Origin: Corallochytrium limacisporum Hawaii
Lineage: Eukaryota > Protista > Pluriformea
Direction: 5' to 3'
DNA length: 64,000 bases
Assembly (NCBI GenBank): GCA_002811645.1
Contig: PDIP01000029.1
Location: 1-64,000, forward strand
The notes beneath the pieces were generated by a model, which was not told the origin of the DNA, searched no databases, and saw only the letters and a list, made by a program, of their open reading frames with translations. The position numbers and the translations under genes were made by a program. Below are positions 48,601-60,686 of the stretch, piece by piece (the stretch's first letter is position 1; each line of letters opens with the position of its first letter).

Positions 48601-50090
48601 CTGCCCATTCGATAAACCCCCTGCCCAAAATAATAAGAAAAAATTTAGAAGGGACAGGTTCAGATCTAGGAGCCGTTGGGCCACGTACACAAAGACAGAA
48701 GAGACAGAAGAGAACTACACCGCGGCGGTGTGAAGGCGAAGAGAAAAGGCCGCGGGTTTGAGACTCGCCGACTCCCTAATTCCAGCATTGCCGGTGCCCC
48801 GCGCACAGAGGGAGAGAGAGAGAGTGTGTGTGTGTGTGAGGAAGAGGCAGAGAGAAGGGGAGATGGTTTGCGGGCCCCGCGCACCGATCGAAAACTACTC
48901 TTGTGCCGGGATGGTAGTGGATACATTGAATACCGGCTGATGTTGTTCACCGACTCTGCCGCTCTCTCTCTCTCTCCTTCTGTGTGTGTGTCTCTCTCTC
49001 GCTCCGTCGCTTTTGCTCTCTGTCTACCTTTGCTTGGGCCCTGACTCTCTGCCCATTCGTTTTCTACCGAAGAAAGAGCTCCTCCTAGCCGGTGCGCCGC
49101 TACCTGTAGTGCAGTGATGTATGCTTAATTTTAACTTCTAATCTTTTACTTCTCTGGCGCACTGAAAAATGGGGACAGGAGAGCAAAGAAAATAAAAATG
49201 GGGGAGGAGAAAACCAAAAAAAAAAAAATGAAAGACCCGGGAGGGGGGTGAGAGAGACGCGAGAGAACCAGAATGTATATTCCCCCCCTCCCAAGAACCA
49301 AAAGAAAAAAATAGGAGAATTCATTTATAAAAAGGAATGTGGCATTCAGACACTAAGGGACGGAGCCAAAAGTGCGATACCACAAAAAAAAACAACAACA
49401 ACAAGGCAGTAAAAAAAATAACGACAGGGAGCGAGCGAGCGAGATAAGTGTGTGACTTGGGGCCGAAAATGCACGATTAACAAAAAGAGAGAGAGAGAGA
49501 AAAAAAGGGGGCCAGAGCGGGGGGTCGGCAAGTACCCAGCCAGCCCCAAGCGGCGGCGAGGCCCGGGAAAGGGTCCAGAAGAAAACCCAACCCCCCCCCC
49601 GGGGCGGGCCACACGCAGACACACAACTCTTCTGGCTCTTGACTCTGCCCTTGTCCCTCTGCTCGTTTTTCCTCGGGTGAGATGGGAGACTGCCCGCGAT
49701 TTGCCTAGAAAGACAGGGAAAGAAAGAGAGAGAGAGAGAGTGGGTGTGTGTGCAAAGCGAAAAACTGCGGAACAAAAAAAAATAAGAAGAATAAAAGCCA
49801 GGAAAGAATGACGAAAACAGCGCTGAAGGAGGGGGGCAGCCAGAAGGAAAACTATAGAAAAAAATAGAGTGAGACAGAGAGCACTCAGCCCCCCAAAGAC
49901 AAACGTTTCTGACCAAAAAAAAAACCGACAAAAATGCCAAAGCCCAAAAAGAAAATGAAAAATGAAAAAATGAAAAAAAAAAGTGAGAATGTTACCGAGG
50001 AAGAGGGAGGAGGAGAAGGAGAGAGGGTAGGGAAAAGCGGGAGGAAGAAAAGAGAGGGAGGAGGGGGGGGGAGGTCAAGTGTGTGTATGT
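45700..50090. repeat. Long intergenic region rich in (GA)n, (TC)n, (CA)n, poly-A and poly-C/G tracts
   Basis: Tracts at about 46855-46940, 47936-48035, 48170-48210, 48808-48860, 48961-49020 and 49200-50070. Confidence 0.85.
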
Positions 50091-50509
50091 GTAATATCTC
50101 ATTCGTGGCCCCAGGACCGTTAGGGCACAGTACGATTTGTGTTCTGGCCGAGGCAAGTGCAAATTGAATTCCTCTGAACGGTTTTTAGCTTTGCTTCCCT
50201 GAGGACGACCACGGTGTGACTGCCATCTCTTTAACGTTTGTCCCCAGGACGGTTATAGCAGTTGCACAAGATAGACAAGTTGGATTGTAATCCATCTGCG
50301 AGCGTGCAAGCCCTGATATACAAATTTGGTGGTATATCAGAGTGTTGTCGGTAGGACAGAGCATCTTTGTTTGAGGTCTACTGCAAACAAACGACAGGTA
50401 ACAAGTAGAAAGCAATCGCTCTGGTGCCAATGGGACTCTGCAACTAATTCAGCAGACGGACAGGAACTGGGTGGAACACAGAGAAAGACCAGAGAAAGCA
50501 ACTATCAAA

Positions 50510-50929
50510 ATGACGACAGCGGGCAACAATTTGTTCCCCGATGACTTACTCAACGGCGAGGCGGACTACAACTTCAAGCAACCACAGGCCATGCGCAAAA
50601 AGCCGTTGCAGCGGAGCGATGCAACCTTATCACGGCACAGCCTTGCCACTGGCTCCAACACCAGCGTCGGCAGTGGTGGCAGCGGCAGCAACATGACCAG
50701 CAGCTACAGTAGCTACCCTGCGCAGCCGGAGGACATGGGCACGGCAGGCAATATGCCTCGCAAGCGTGCTTTGCAGCGGGATTCCAGTCTGCTTGCGGCA
50801 CAGCTGGGTCTTACGGGCAGTTTCAGTCCCTTTACAGAACTGAGCACGACCACGGGTGGTTGGCCTACAACAACACAGCAGCCAAATGGTGCATCTGGTG
50901 TCACTGCTGGCTCATACTCAGCCTATGAA

Positions 50930-50970
<41 letters not shown>

Positions 50971-52297
50971 ACAGATGCCGTTTGTCCCCAGTGCCAAGGA
51001 AGCAGCGGGCCGTACCCACAGTGGGCCTAAGAAGAAAGTCATGCGCCTGCGAAGTCGCTCTGTTGGCCATCGCGGAGAACTGGACTTCCCTCCTGAACTT
51101 CAACTGGCGATCAACCAGGCCATTACCAGCAACTATCCGCCATCCGGAGGACAAACGCCAGTACAGCAGGGCTCGGCAGCAGGATCCACTCATACAACAC
51201 AGCAGCGGCAGCCTGCCACGCAGCACATGGCCCTGCGCGACACCTCTGGATCGAATACGAGTGAAATCTTCAACCAATTGCTCACAGCACAACAAGGACA
51301 GCAGCAGTCAGAGACTAGCACGAGCACCACGACTACTGGGGCTTCTGCTACGGGAGCAGCCGGCCAAAGGGAAACTGCAGGCAGTGACCCTTATTCGACC
51401 ATTTTCGACCCCGTACTGGCTGACATTTTGCGCAAGAAGGACAGTCAGTTCCAGAAAGCCACAGTCTTTGTGGAGAAGGAGCAGGGGGCCACAAACAACC
51501 AGAGCAGCTTTGAGAGCAACTTCGGTTTGGGAGACCTGAGGTTCACACCGGCCGCCTCCACTGCAGCACAGCCATCTGCTGCCGCGTCCCTGATGCCTCC
51601 GGGACAACAGAGCAGTGGACATGGTCGTACGCCCCTGGGCCGCCGCCGCTCCCGCAGTGTCGAGAATCTTCATTCTAAGGAACAGGCGCAGACCTTTACA
51701 TACCCGACTTTCCAAGAAGTTCAGAATGATCTCAGACAACCCATGTCCTACAACGGTGCCGCCAGGGAACGGGTGCGGAGCAAGAAGAGTCTCGAAGACG
51801 AATTCCAGAACATGCGTCTGCACGGTCAGCAGCAGCCATCGTCCAATGAATTCTTCAATTTTGGCATTGGAGGAGGCAGCAGCGCATCTGCTGCTGAACC
51901 CTTTGTTGGTTATGGTCAGGCAGCCCCTGCAGTGCCTCCGCGTAGCTCGAAGCCGCCATACCCATCCTACCAATCCAGCTTCGAACGGTCACAGCAGTCC
52001 AATCAGAATATTGTGGAAGTGGAAAAGAAGAGCCTGGATGGTGCCATCATGCAGACCTGGGATTTGGGCAGTGGTGCGAACTGGATGAACACCAAGCACA
52101 AGGTTGCAGCCCCTGGTGAGGGTGCGACCATGACTTTCAACCCCCATAACGTTGGTGCTGGTGCCGCTGCCAAGAAGGCTGCTCCTCGGGAGGAGAAGGT
52201 CTTCCAGTTTGTAGCGGAAGATGGCAAGTCCAAGTCTACAGTCTTGCCACCAAGCTTTACCTATCACAACTTTACACCTGATGATTACAAGAAGTAA
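50510..52297 (+). CDS. Hypothetical Gln/Ser/Thr-rich, largely disordered protein (~595 aa)
   Basis: Long ORF with coding-like codon usage, start CAAAATG at 50510, poly-Q tract, no recognised folded domain. Confidence 0.85.
50933..50974 (+). repeat. (CAG/CAA)14 polyglutamine-coding repeat
   Basis: CAG run with two CAA interruptions, in frame. Confidence 0.95.
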
Positions 52298-53135
52298 ATG
52301 GAATAGTTTATTTGTGACCATCACGATCCATACGCAGTCGTCCGTTTCTTCATCCCTACCCGTTGAAAATGTCTTGATTTGTTCGCAGAGAAAACGAAAA
52401 AGCATCTTCTACGATTGTCGCATCTTACGTTTCACTACGCCAACTGGATTATCCGCGTGCACATGAGTGGATACCCATTTTGAAGGAGGATCGTTCAACT
52501 GCACGATACCTGACAAATCCGGATGCCCCTGGCCACCGATCCGCCCACCTTCCCCGCTCCCCGGGGGGAGCAAAGCAAAGCACACACAACTGCACACTCT
52601 GTGCTGTCGAAAGTTCGGGAGAAAGAAAAACACACACAATGAATTTTGGGGAGGGAACAAAGCTTTTGAATTTTCTTTTTTTGTGTGTTTAGGACGGTGT
52701 TAAATGACCCCCATGATATATACTTAAAGTACTGAGCGTTGTAATTTCGGGAGGGTCAAGTACTAAATAAACCTGCATGACCAGTCCGGTATAGTCGGTC
52801 AGTACTGAAAGTACCAGACAGCGCCCAGAGGCGATTGGAGGCCCATCCCGGCAGTACTCTGAGGGATGGTTGCAGTAGGCACGGCGAGTGGCACCTGTGC
52901 GGTAGTTGTATCCACCGAGTGGGCAAGTCCAATGTATAGGAACTGTTGCTTTGTATGGGTTGGCTTAGGATATCTCAATGATTATAGTTCTTCACTCCTA
53001 TAGTGATAACACTATGATGGGGAGAGGTAGATCAGGACGCGTGCATAGACCTACTTAAGCCTAAATTGGTTTCAATCATAGCATAATCTATCACATCGGG
53101 ATTTTATCATCTTTGATAACATTAATTTAATCACA

Positions 53136-53471
53136 ATGGTTCAACGGGTTACCTACCGCCGCCGCTCTTCTTACAACACCAAGAGCAACAAGATCCGCCA
53201 GGTCCGCACTCCCGGTGGAAAGCTCGTCGCTCAGTACAAGAAGAAGCTTGCTACCGTCCCCAAGTGCGGTGGCTGCAGTGTTAAGCTGCAGGGCATCCAG
53301 GGATACCGCCCCAAGAAGCTGATGGCTATCTCCAAGACCAAGAAGACTGTCACCCGGGCGTACGGTGGAAACTTGTGCTGCACCTGCCTGCGCGACAAGG
53401 TCATCCGCGCTTTCCTGGTTGAGGAGCAGAAGATTGTCAAGCGTGTCATGCGCCAGCAGGCTCAGGCTTAA
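53136..53471 (+). CDS. RPL34: 60S ribosomal protein eL34
   Basis: [18 protein letters not shown]...RTPGGKLV, CxxC...CxxC zinc knuckle, [12 protein letters not shown]; intronless. Confidence 0.98.
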   Translation: MVQRVTYRRRSSYNTKSNKIRQVRTPGGKLVAQYKKKLATVPKCGGCSVKLQGIQGYRPKKLMAISKTKKTVTRAYGGNLCCTCLRDKVIRAFLVEEQKIVKRVMRQQAQA

Positions 53472-54006
53472 GTGTTCTTAAGTCGGTGTTTTTTGAAAAT
53501 ATCACTAATTGCTGTCCATTGCAAAACCGGGCTGAAGACTTTTTTTCAAAAAGCAACAGAGCGCATCTTTGTCGGGATATTCAATATGTGTAGCTCAAGA
53601 ATTCACGACGTTGAATGCGGGAACGCTCACTCTGTTCTTCATGGTCATTGGTTTCTCGTGAGGACAACGCATGCAGAGCATAGCAAGTGACATCATGTAT
53701 TAAGCAAACACAAATCTTCATATCAGTAATGTTGGCAGTGATCCTGATCATAGAACCCTCAGGTGTCACAAACAACAACCTTTCATCATACCATAACACA
53801 AATCTTCTTTTGGCATAGTTTCACGGGCAACTATGAGCAGAAAGTTCATCAATTCTCTCTCTGCTTTGAGTTGTCTGCATGAGTTTAAATATAAACATTT
53901 ACATTAAGCATGTTCCGCTTTTAGAAATAAGGTTCTTTTGATTGTTTTTTACGTTTTAAACTTCTCTCGGGTAGTGGCACTGACATGGTACGTGACGAAA
54001 CCACAA

Positions 54007-54840
54007 TTACGTAGAGCGCTTCTCTAGGCTCTTCCGCATCTCATTGAGCATGTTGCCTCGGCTGTTGTTCTCTGACTTACCCTTGGCAAGACGGACGTCG
54101 TTCATGATGTCTTTGGTCCGTCCAAAGTAGATGATATCTAGCTTGGAACGCATCGTGTTCTCCATCTCTTCAACCATGGTACCCATGTTCATTATGTGTG
54201 TGGAGGCAGGGCCAAGCTTGAAAGTCTGTTCCTTCTGGCGCATCAAAGAGCCACCAAGTTTCATCTTACCAATGGTGTTGCCACCATTTTCCAGCCAGAG
54301 CATGACTGTCGATGTCAGCTGGTACGTGCAGTTTCCGCTCGTATCCTCTTCGGCTTGGAAAATGTGCATGGCATCCCAGCATCCAGCTCCTCCGGTCTTG
54401 GCAGTGGAGTCACTCTCCTTTTTGATCAGGATGGCAGCAGCAAAACCATTAACATCGTCATCAAGATCCCAAAGGTATACGCTGCTCAACCCTCCTTCAT
54501 AGTACAGCTGAATATAGGTTGCGAACGCGTTGTTGGCAGTGACTTCAAGCTCACGCAGCTTTGCGCTAGGCTTTGCTCCATCAGCCAGTGGAGGGTTGTA
54601 TTCATTGGTGTGAGGTGACCGGAAGGAGTCTCCATCGCGGTTGTAGTCACACATCAGAAATTCTTTACCTTCGGCATCCCTACCAATGCGCGGCGGCTGA
54701 TCAATTGTGCTCAGCAATTCCTCTGACAAGTCGGGAGCGACAGCAACCAGGTTCACCAAGTTCTCCACCGTGTTCTCAGGAGGCAAACGACGCATAAGGT
54801 CAAGTGCTCCGTCGAGTTGCTGCTCTTCTATATCGGCCAT
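54007..54840 (-). CDS. CAPZB: F-actin capping protein beta subunit
   Basis: ALDLMRRLPP, LL..IDQP, CDYNRDGDSFRSP, YYEGGLSSVYLWD, GCWDAMH, Y.LTSTVMLWL, LGGSL.RQ, HI.NMG.MVEEME, IYFGRTKDI. Confidence 0.98.
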   Translation of the reverse strand: MADIEEQQLDGALDLMRRLPPENTVENLVNLVAVAPDLSEELLSTIDQPPRIGRDAEGKEFLMCDYNRDGDSFRSPHTNEYNPPLADGAKPSAKLRELEVTANNAFATYIQLYYEGGLSSVYLWDLDDDVNGFAAAILIKKESDSTAKTGGAGCWDAMHIFQAEEDTSGNCTYQLTSTVMLWLENGGNTIGKMKLGGSLMRQKEQTFKLGPASTHIMNMGTMVEEMENTMRSKLDIIYFGRTKDIMNDVRLAKGKSENNSRGNMLNEMRKSLEKRST

Positions 54841-55509
54841 TGCGAAATGAAAACTATCCCCGCTGAGTACTGCTAAAACTATTATATCCTATGATTTCAC
54901 TCTCTGGCGTCCCCCGGATTGGCCGAATTGGATGTCGCTATTTGTTCTGATCCAGCAGGAATTTTCTCGCATGTGCTTCATTTGTTCATGGTTTATATAC
55001 GTACATAGTGCCTGAGTTACAGTTTCGAGTACAACTGCCATGTGATGAGTAACAGGTCCAAACGCTGCTCCGACCCCAATGTTTATCATGTCCCATTTTC
55101 TCCCCTGGTACGTGCCCATCTATTCTCGCAGGGGCTACTATCGGAGGAAAAAGACCGTAGATTCGCTATTGTACAGTACGGCAAAAAGGGAAAACATTGC
55201 GAGTCCATACTCAGAGCCAACACGGCGCAGCGAAAACACAAAGCCGTTAAAAAAATTGTATAGTAGTTTGCGGAGCGGCCAGCGAAATACTATCTCTGAG
55301 GCGTCGCGCCCCTCTCCGCGCTGATTGGCTGGCGGGGTCCCAAGGGGGAGGGGAAGGGTGCTGCGCCGACCTCAGGGCAGTGAGGGCAAGGAGGCGGTCG
55401 ACAAAAGTCATTGTAATGTGTAGATCCTTGCATCGGGCTTTGATGCCATACAATCACAGCATCTTTCCCTGAGACTTTATAACATCAGTTATTGGCTCTT
55501 AGGAACATC

Positions 55510-55998
55510 TTAAAGAAGCCTTCGGGGTGGCACAAGAATGTGACTCACTGGTGGCGGTGATGGATCGTACTTCGTGCGCCGTGCAATGCCTGTTCCTGGT
55601 CCGGGCTTCATTCGTCCCTTCGTGCATGCATTTCCAGTGGTACGGTTTAGGGGATGCTTGGCAGGCACTGAACCGAATTCCTCATCATCTTCAGGAAAAG
55701 GGACAGTATGTAGAGACTTGCGGCGTCTTTTGTGGTGTGGGCTATGCAGGTCGTCGTCATCAAAGACAACCGACAACGGGTCGTGAATGTCTTCCTCCTC
55801 TTCATCAAAATCCATGGACCAGTCCGCAAAGAAGTAATCATCCTCGACATCACTGAACTTTTTTATCCGCTGGCGCTTGTGCCTGTACATCGTATATACG
55901 TCGCTGGCCCACTGAAGGAGATGACCGAAGTAGTTTTCAGAGTTGCACTGAAAAACTTTGTCATTCTCTTGGAGGTGCGTCTGGATTCTGCATTGCAT
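55510..55998 (-). CDS. Hypothetical orphan protein with acidic and basic NLS-like patches; true start uncertain
   Basis: The open frame extends upstream past 56076 without an ATG; first ATG at 55998. HKRQRIKK and HKRRRK patches alternate with D/E tracts. Confidence 0.5.
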   Translation of the reverse strand: MQCRIQTHLQENDKVFQCNSENYFGHLLQWASDVYTMYRHKRQRIKKFSDVEDDYFFADWSMDFDEEEEDIHDPLSVVFDDDDLHSPHHKRRRKSLHTVPFPEDDEEFGSVPAKHPLNRTTGNACTKGRMKPGPGTGIARRTKYDPSPPPVSHILVPPRRLL

Positions 55999-56869
55999 AG
56001 TTGAGAGCAAATCGCCCACGCTGGGCGATGAAGAAGACACCACGGTAATATTATCCAAGTCGCTTTGTTGTTTCAAGACTGCTAGTGCTGTCTCCGGTGC
56101 TGATTGCTTGCTATGCGAATCTTTGCCCTGTATAAAGAGTGGGGTTAATCAAAGCTGTCCACGAATTCGATATTTGGGTCATTATTCAAAAACTCACTTT
56201 TCCTAGTGCTCTTTTCCTGACATCTCTGAGTTTTCCAAATAGGTGGCTTTTCTGCACTCTCTTGTGCTCAAGCATGACGAACTGGTGGTGTTCGGATCAG
56301 GGTGTTCTTGATCGGACTGATCTTGATCAATCCTGTAACGTATGAAAGTGCACGTTGGGTGAAATCGGGCATTAAAGAGTGCGTATCCGTTGATCTTTTG
56401 ATCTCACCAGCAATTAAATCAAAATACCTTACACTGATGGAGCAACTTCGTCGTGTAGTCCTTCAGCAGACCTTCACGGCTGTCAGTGAGACTCATGCCG
56501 GTCTCAGTCGCTTGCCGTATTCACTCTTTCCCCTCCCCCCCGGAGGGGGAAGGCCGGACCGGGACGAAAGGGGATGGAAGGGGTGGTGCCTTGCAGTCTC
56601 CACAGTGTCGAAATTTCTGCAAGTATCACTAGTCTGTCTCTTTAGCCCCCCGCGCTTCACTGTCTCCGTGGGTCACCAACGAGGTCTCCCAAGCAGGAGG
56701 GGCCGAAGACGAAAGGGATCCTTTGAGTCCAGTACCCAGCCTGGCTCCCATCTTTGAACACACATTTCTTTTTCAACGGCCAGGAGGACATATGAATTTA
56801 AGTTTTGTGATTGTATTGTATTCTACATGGTGCTGATGATACGTTGGGTATGTTTTCCTGCTTGTTCGA

Positions 56870-57501
56870 TTACTTGTTGAGCTGCAAGCTCCAGTCGATC
56901 AGTTTGGCGGCATGGGCCTTGATACGCTCCTGCCACTTTTCGGAGATCAGATCACCCGTATCCTTGTCAAAGGGAGCGGGGTTGTCGAAAGCCTTGATCA
57001 GAATCTCGTCCTGATCAAGGGGTTTGAGCTTCAAGAAGTTAAAGTAATCCCGCAGATGTTGTTGTGCCCGCAAGCCACCCATGCCGCCGCCAGCGCCGGC
57101 GATAGCCACAGCCTTACCACTCCAGAAGTTGCCGCCTGCAGGACCACTTGCCCAATCCAAAGCATTCTTCATGGCTGCGGAGACACCGTAGTTGTATTCA
57201 GGGCTAGCCAACACATAAGCATCAGCAGCCTCGACTTCGCCGTGAATTCCTTCACGTCGTCGCCTGCGGGGACATCCGTGTTCAAGAGGGGCAGCTTACT
57301 GATATCGACAATGCTAAACTCAACCCTAGTGTTCCTGTAACCCTCGGCATTCAACTGTTCAAACGCCGTGGCGTATGCACGTACGACACCGGAATTGGAG
57401 CTCGCCTTGCGGAGTGATCCGCTGATACCTGCAATCTTCAAAACGTTCATCTCAGTGGGAGCGTCAGACGCAACGTCGACGGTAGAAACTTGAGCAAGCA
57501 T
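56870..57501 (-). pseudogene. NADPH-dependent FMN reductase / quinone reductase (flavodoxin-like fold) with a 1-nt frameshift (pseudogene or assembly error)
   Basis: The 5' frame has IAGISGSLRKASSN...DISKLPLLNTD. The 3' frame has VEAADAYVLASPEYNYGVSAAMKNALDWAS...GKAVAI.GAGGGMGGLRAQQHLR. The two join by adding one base at ~57235. Confidence 0.85.
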
Positions 57502-59138
57502 GTTGACACAAATTCATACAATGCTGGGTACAATAGTGACTTACACCCCCATGAATTACAGAGGACTATTTCCCGTTCCCAGATTCCCTTAAATACCCGT
57601 GCTTCGGATCACCCAGTCGTGTCTTGCCACCATCGTTTCCATGCACGAGCTTGCAAGCGAGAGGCCGCAGAACTCACTCATCATTTCAGGACATGACGGT
57701 GGCTTACGACATATGACCTGCCGATGAGAATCGTGCATCAGATCTAGCAGACATTGCTTACGAACCTGGTGTGCGTGGGTGCGTAGAGGAAGTGGTTGGC
57801 TGCTGCTATGGAAGTCCGCCGGTATAGTCACAATACCGGGCAGCAGAGGAAGTTTTCCATAGTGAACCAGCCTGGTGCGGACGCAATAGCCATAGTACGG
57901 CGATAGGGGGGAGGGGAAAAAGGGAATAGGAAGAAAAAATATGAGATGAAGCAGGTGGGAGAACAGGCAGAGATGGCACCCTCCAGTATTAAGGGCGGTA
58001 CCATCCCCCCGTTTTTGGGGGGGGGGAAGGGATATGGAGGATCGGAGTGTGCCGGGTGATCAGCAGACACCCCCCCCCTCCCTCCTCGATGGTTCAGTTT
58101 CTTCTGTTAGCAGTTGACCCAGCCAGAATTCGACAATTTCACGGTGCTCCTCGATTAGTAGCCACTGTACGTGCGAGCCACCACGAAGGATTGTTGATGA
58201 TTAACCTTCAATCGTTCAAAGTGGTCATCATGTCCTGCTGATTAGGCGCTGGCCAATTTTTTTTTTTGTGAATCGCAGTCACCTGTTGCTCTCGCTTTGG
58301 CTTACCGGGTCACTGCTACGGGATGCTGAAGCAACTGGGTTATATGGACACACACAAGCACACGCACTCTCTCTCTCTCGTTCCTGGTGCAGGACATCGT
58401 CATCACCAAGCCAGACCCCAAGTGCACAGAAAACTGCGTATTCCGAGTGTGTGCACACGAGAAAGTAGTCTATTTAGCCCGTCCCCCCCCCTTCCTTCCC
58501 TCTTTCCTCTCTTTTCCGGAGCCCCCTCCTTCTGCCCCCGAGTGGGCAGGCGATGGGCCCATCGTGCACTTTTTCCTTTTTGCCGGCACGGCGCGCGCTC
58601 GATCGCTCATAAGCCCGGGGTTACCCTTCCTTGGCCACTCTTGGGAGCATCAAATACATGTGACCGAAAAAAAAATCAAAGGGAAAAACTTTAGCAACTG
58701 AATAAGCAACAATTAAAAAAAATAGAATAAAAACAGGGGAACAAGGTAAAAAAAAAATAGGGAGTGGAAACCCCAAAGGTATCAGGCGATCGTGTGTTTT
58801 AATAACGCAGCTGACTATTGCACACACACACACACACACCCACACAACGAAGAGAAAAAAAAAGGAAAGGCAACGGAGACACCCTCCCCGCCCCGCAACC
58901 AAATATTGATTAGTTTCTGGGTGCCACCGGCATTGGGGACAATTGGGGTTTGGGCGGCGGTGGTGGTTGCCGCTGTCGTTGACAGCACCGGCGCAGACAA
59001 ACACGGCGGCACAGATCTTGTAAGTTGTCCGGCATCCTCCGATCCCCTATGGTTTAGGACTGTGAAATCTTTCGCAACCTGAACGTGACTGATGAATAAT
59101 AATACTTTATGACACTGTTGAGGATGTGTGCGCAGGTC

Positions 59139-60686
59139 TTACTTCCGCGAGCGGCCAGCCAGCAAAGGCTCCCTCTCATTGTCACCACCTGCAGATCTGG
59201 GAGACTCTGGAACATCGTCCCCGGTGTAGTTGCGGCCCTGAACACTTTCTCCTGGGCCACTGCGCTGCGATTCCTCGTCCTCAACGCGCTTTTTGCTGCG
59301 CTCCACGGCTTCCTGTGCCTCATAGTCCCAGTCAATTACAAAGGCAAAGGCAATCGCTACCAAAAGCGTTGAGAACATGGTACCGACAAAGTTTCCGAGC
59401 CAGAAGCCGCGAATGTCCATGCCAGCAACAAAGACCAAGATGAGGCCCACGGCACATCCCGTACCAGACACTCCCAGCGTGTTGGTGACCGCAATGATAT
59501 CCTGACGACCCATTCCACGGAAAATTCCGCTGGCCATGAGTTGGATAGTATTGAAAGCCGTGAATCCCATGGCGTAGCCATTAGCTTCGTACACCCGTTG
59601 CCGCACATCCTCATCGTCGGTAAAGAAAGCCACTATCTCGTCACGGAATGACATTTCGATCGCAATTGCAATGCCAGTGACGATGCACCCACCAATCATG
59701 CTGGCGACTGACATCACCTTGGCTTCCTGCACCATACCGGCACCCATCAGATTTCCAACCCTCACACTAACTGCAGTGGACGCGCTTAGGGTCAACATAC
59801 CAAGCACACTTGCGATGAGTAGAAGGATCATATATGCACCTACCACATCGTCACCGAGAATACTTGAAGTAAAAATGGTGACCTCCGGCAACCAGAAGCT
59901 GACTGCAAACATAATCATGCCAGCGGTAGCGATCCTGAGATAAATCCTCATCTCTTCCTTGTGTGTCATAATTGCAATCATACGCCGCAGGGATGGGGCT
60001 GGCCCCTGCCAGATGTAAGCAATGTACGCGATCATGACCACCAACGCAAAGAAGCGAGTCAGGCTCATCGCCATAGGTGCACCATCAAAGCCCAGTTGAA
60101 GATAGTCAATGAACAGCCAGTGTGCGTAGTAATTTGCTGCCAGGTTGAATCCATTGACCCAGACTGGCAGCATGACATGGTTAATGGCCTGTAGATACGA
60201 CGTGAACGCAAATGTTTGCGCTGTGAACAAGAACCCGGGAATGCTGATGATGCAATACCGTTCAACGAGGTTCGGAATGGGCTCCGGACGACCGAGGATC
60301 TGCGAAGTAAACTCTCCTCCAAGCATAATAAAAAACACCTGCGGAAGGCAAATAAGAAATGTCCAAAGAGTCGACCGTACAAACCAAGTCTCGGTGAGCT
60401 CAATGTTTTTCGCTCCAAAGCTCTGAGATGCGAGAGATGCCAACGCACTACCAGGACCGAACATCAGGAACGCAAACAAATTGAACCAAGAGGCACCCAA
60501 GCTGCCTGCAGCAAGGGCGGACTGACTCAGATGACCAAGGAACATGGTGTGCACAGAGTTGATGCCAATGCTAAAAACGTTGGCCAGGGCTGTAGGCCAT
60601 GCCAGCCGAGCAAGAATAATACCCTCATCTTTGAGAATGTCTCCGATCTGATCCCAAGACAGGTCCCGTATGCTGTTACTGGGCAT
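59139..60686 (-). CDS. MATE (SLC47) family efflux transporter
   Basis: LAWP...MFLGHLS..ALAAGSLG, LASQSFGAKN, SYLQA, LGFDGA, SVRVGNLMGAG, SGIFRGMGRQ and GFWLG motifs; about 12 TM segments. Confidence 0.95.
   Translation of the reverse strand: MPSNSIRDLSWDQIGDILKDEGIILARLAWPTALANVFSIGINSVHTMFLGHLSQSALAAGSLGASWFNLFAFLMFGPGSALASLASQSFGAKNIELTETWFVRSTLWTFLICLPQVFFIMLGGEFTSQILGRPEPIPNLVERYCIISIPGFLFTAQTFAFTSYLQAINHVMLPVWVNGFNLAANYYAHWLFIDYLQLGFDGAPMAMSLTRFFALVVMIAYIAYIWQGPAPSLRRMIAIMTHKEEMRIYLRIATAGMIMFAVSFWLPEVTIFTSSILGDDVVGAYMILLLIASVLGMLTLSASTAVSVRVGNLMGAGMVQEAKVMSVASMIGGCIVTGIAIAIEMSFRDEIVAFFTDDEDVRQRVYEANGYAMGFTAFNTIQLMASGIFRGMGRQDIIAVTNTLGVSGTGCAVGLILVFVAGMDIRGFWLGNFVGTMFSTLLVAIAFAFVIDWDYEAQEAVERSKKRVEDEESQRSGPGESVQGRNYTGDDVPESPRSAGGDNEREPLLAGRSRK

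Noticed and set aside
58195-58241. Possible C/D snoRNA (TGATGA...CTGA); similar box-C hits at ~40111 and ~61775
   Set aside because: Too short or lacking a proper D box and terminal stem, and no recognisable rRNA-complementary guide.
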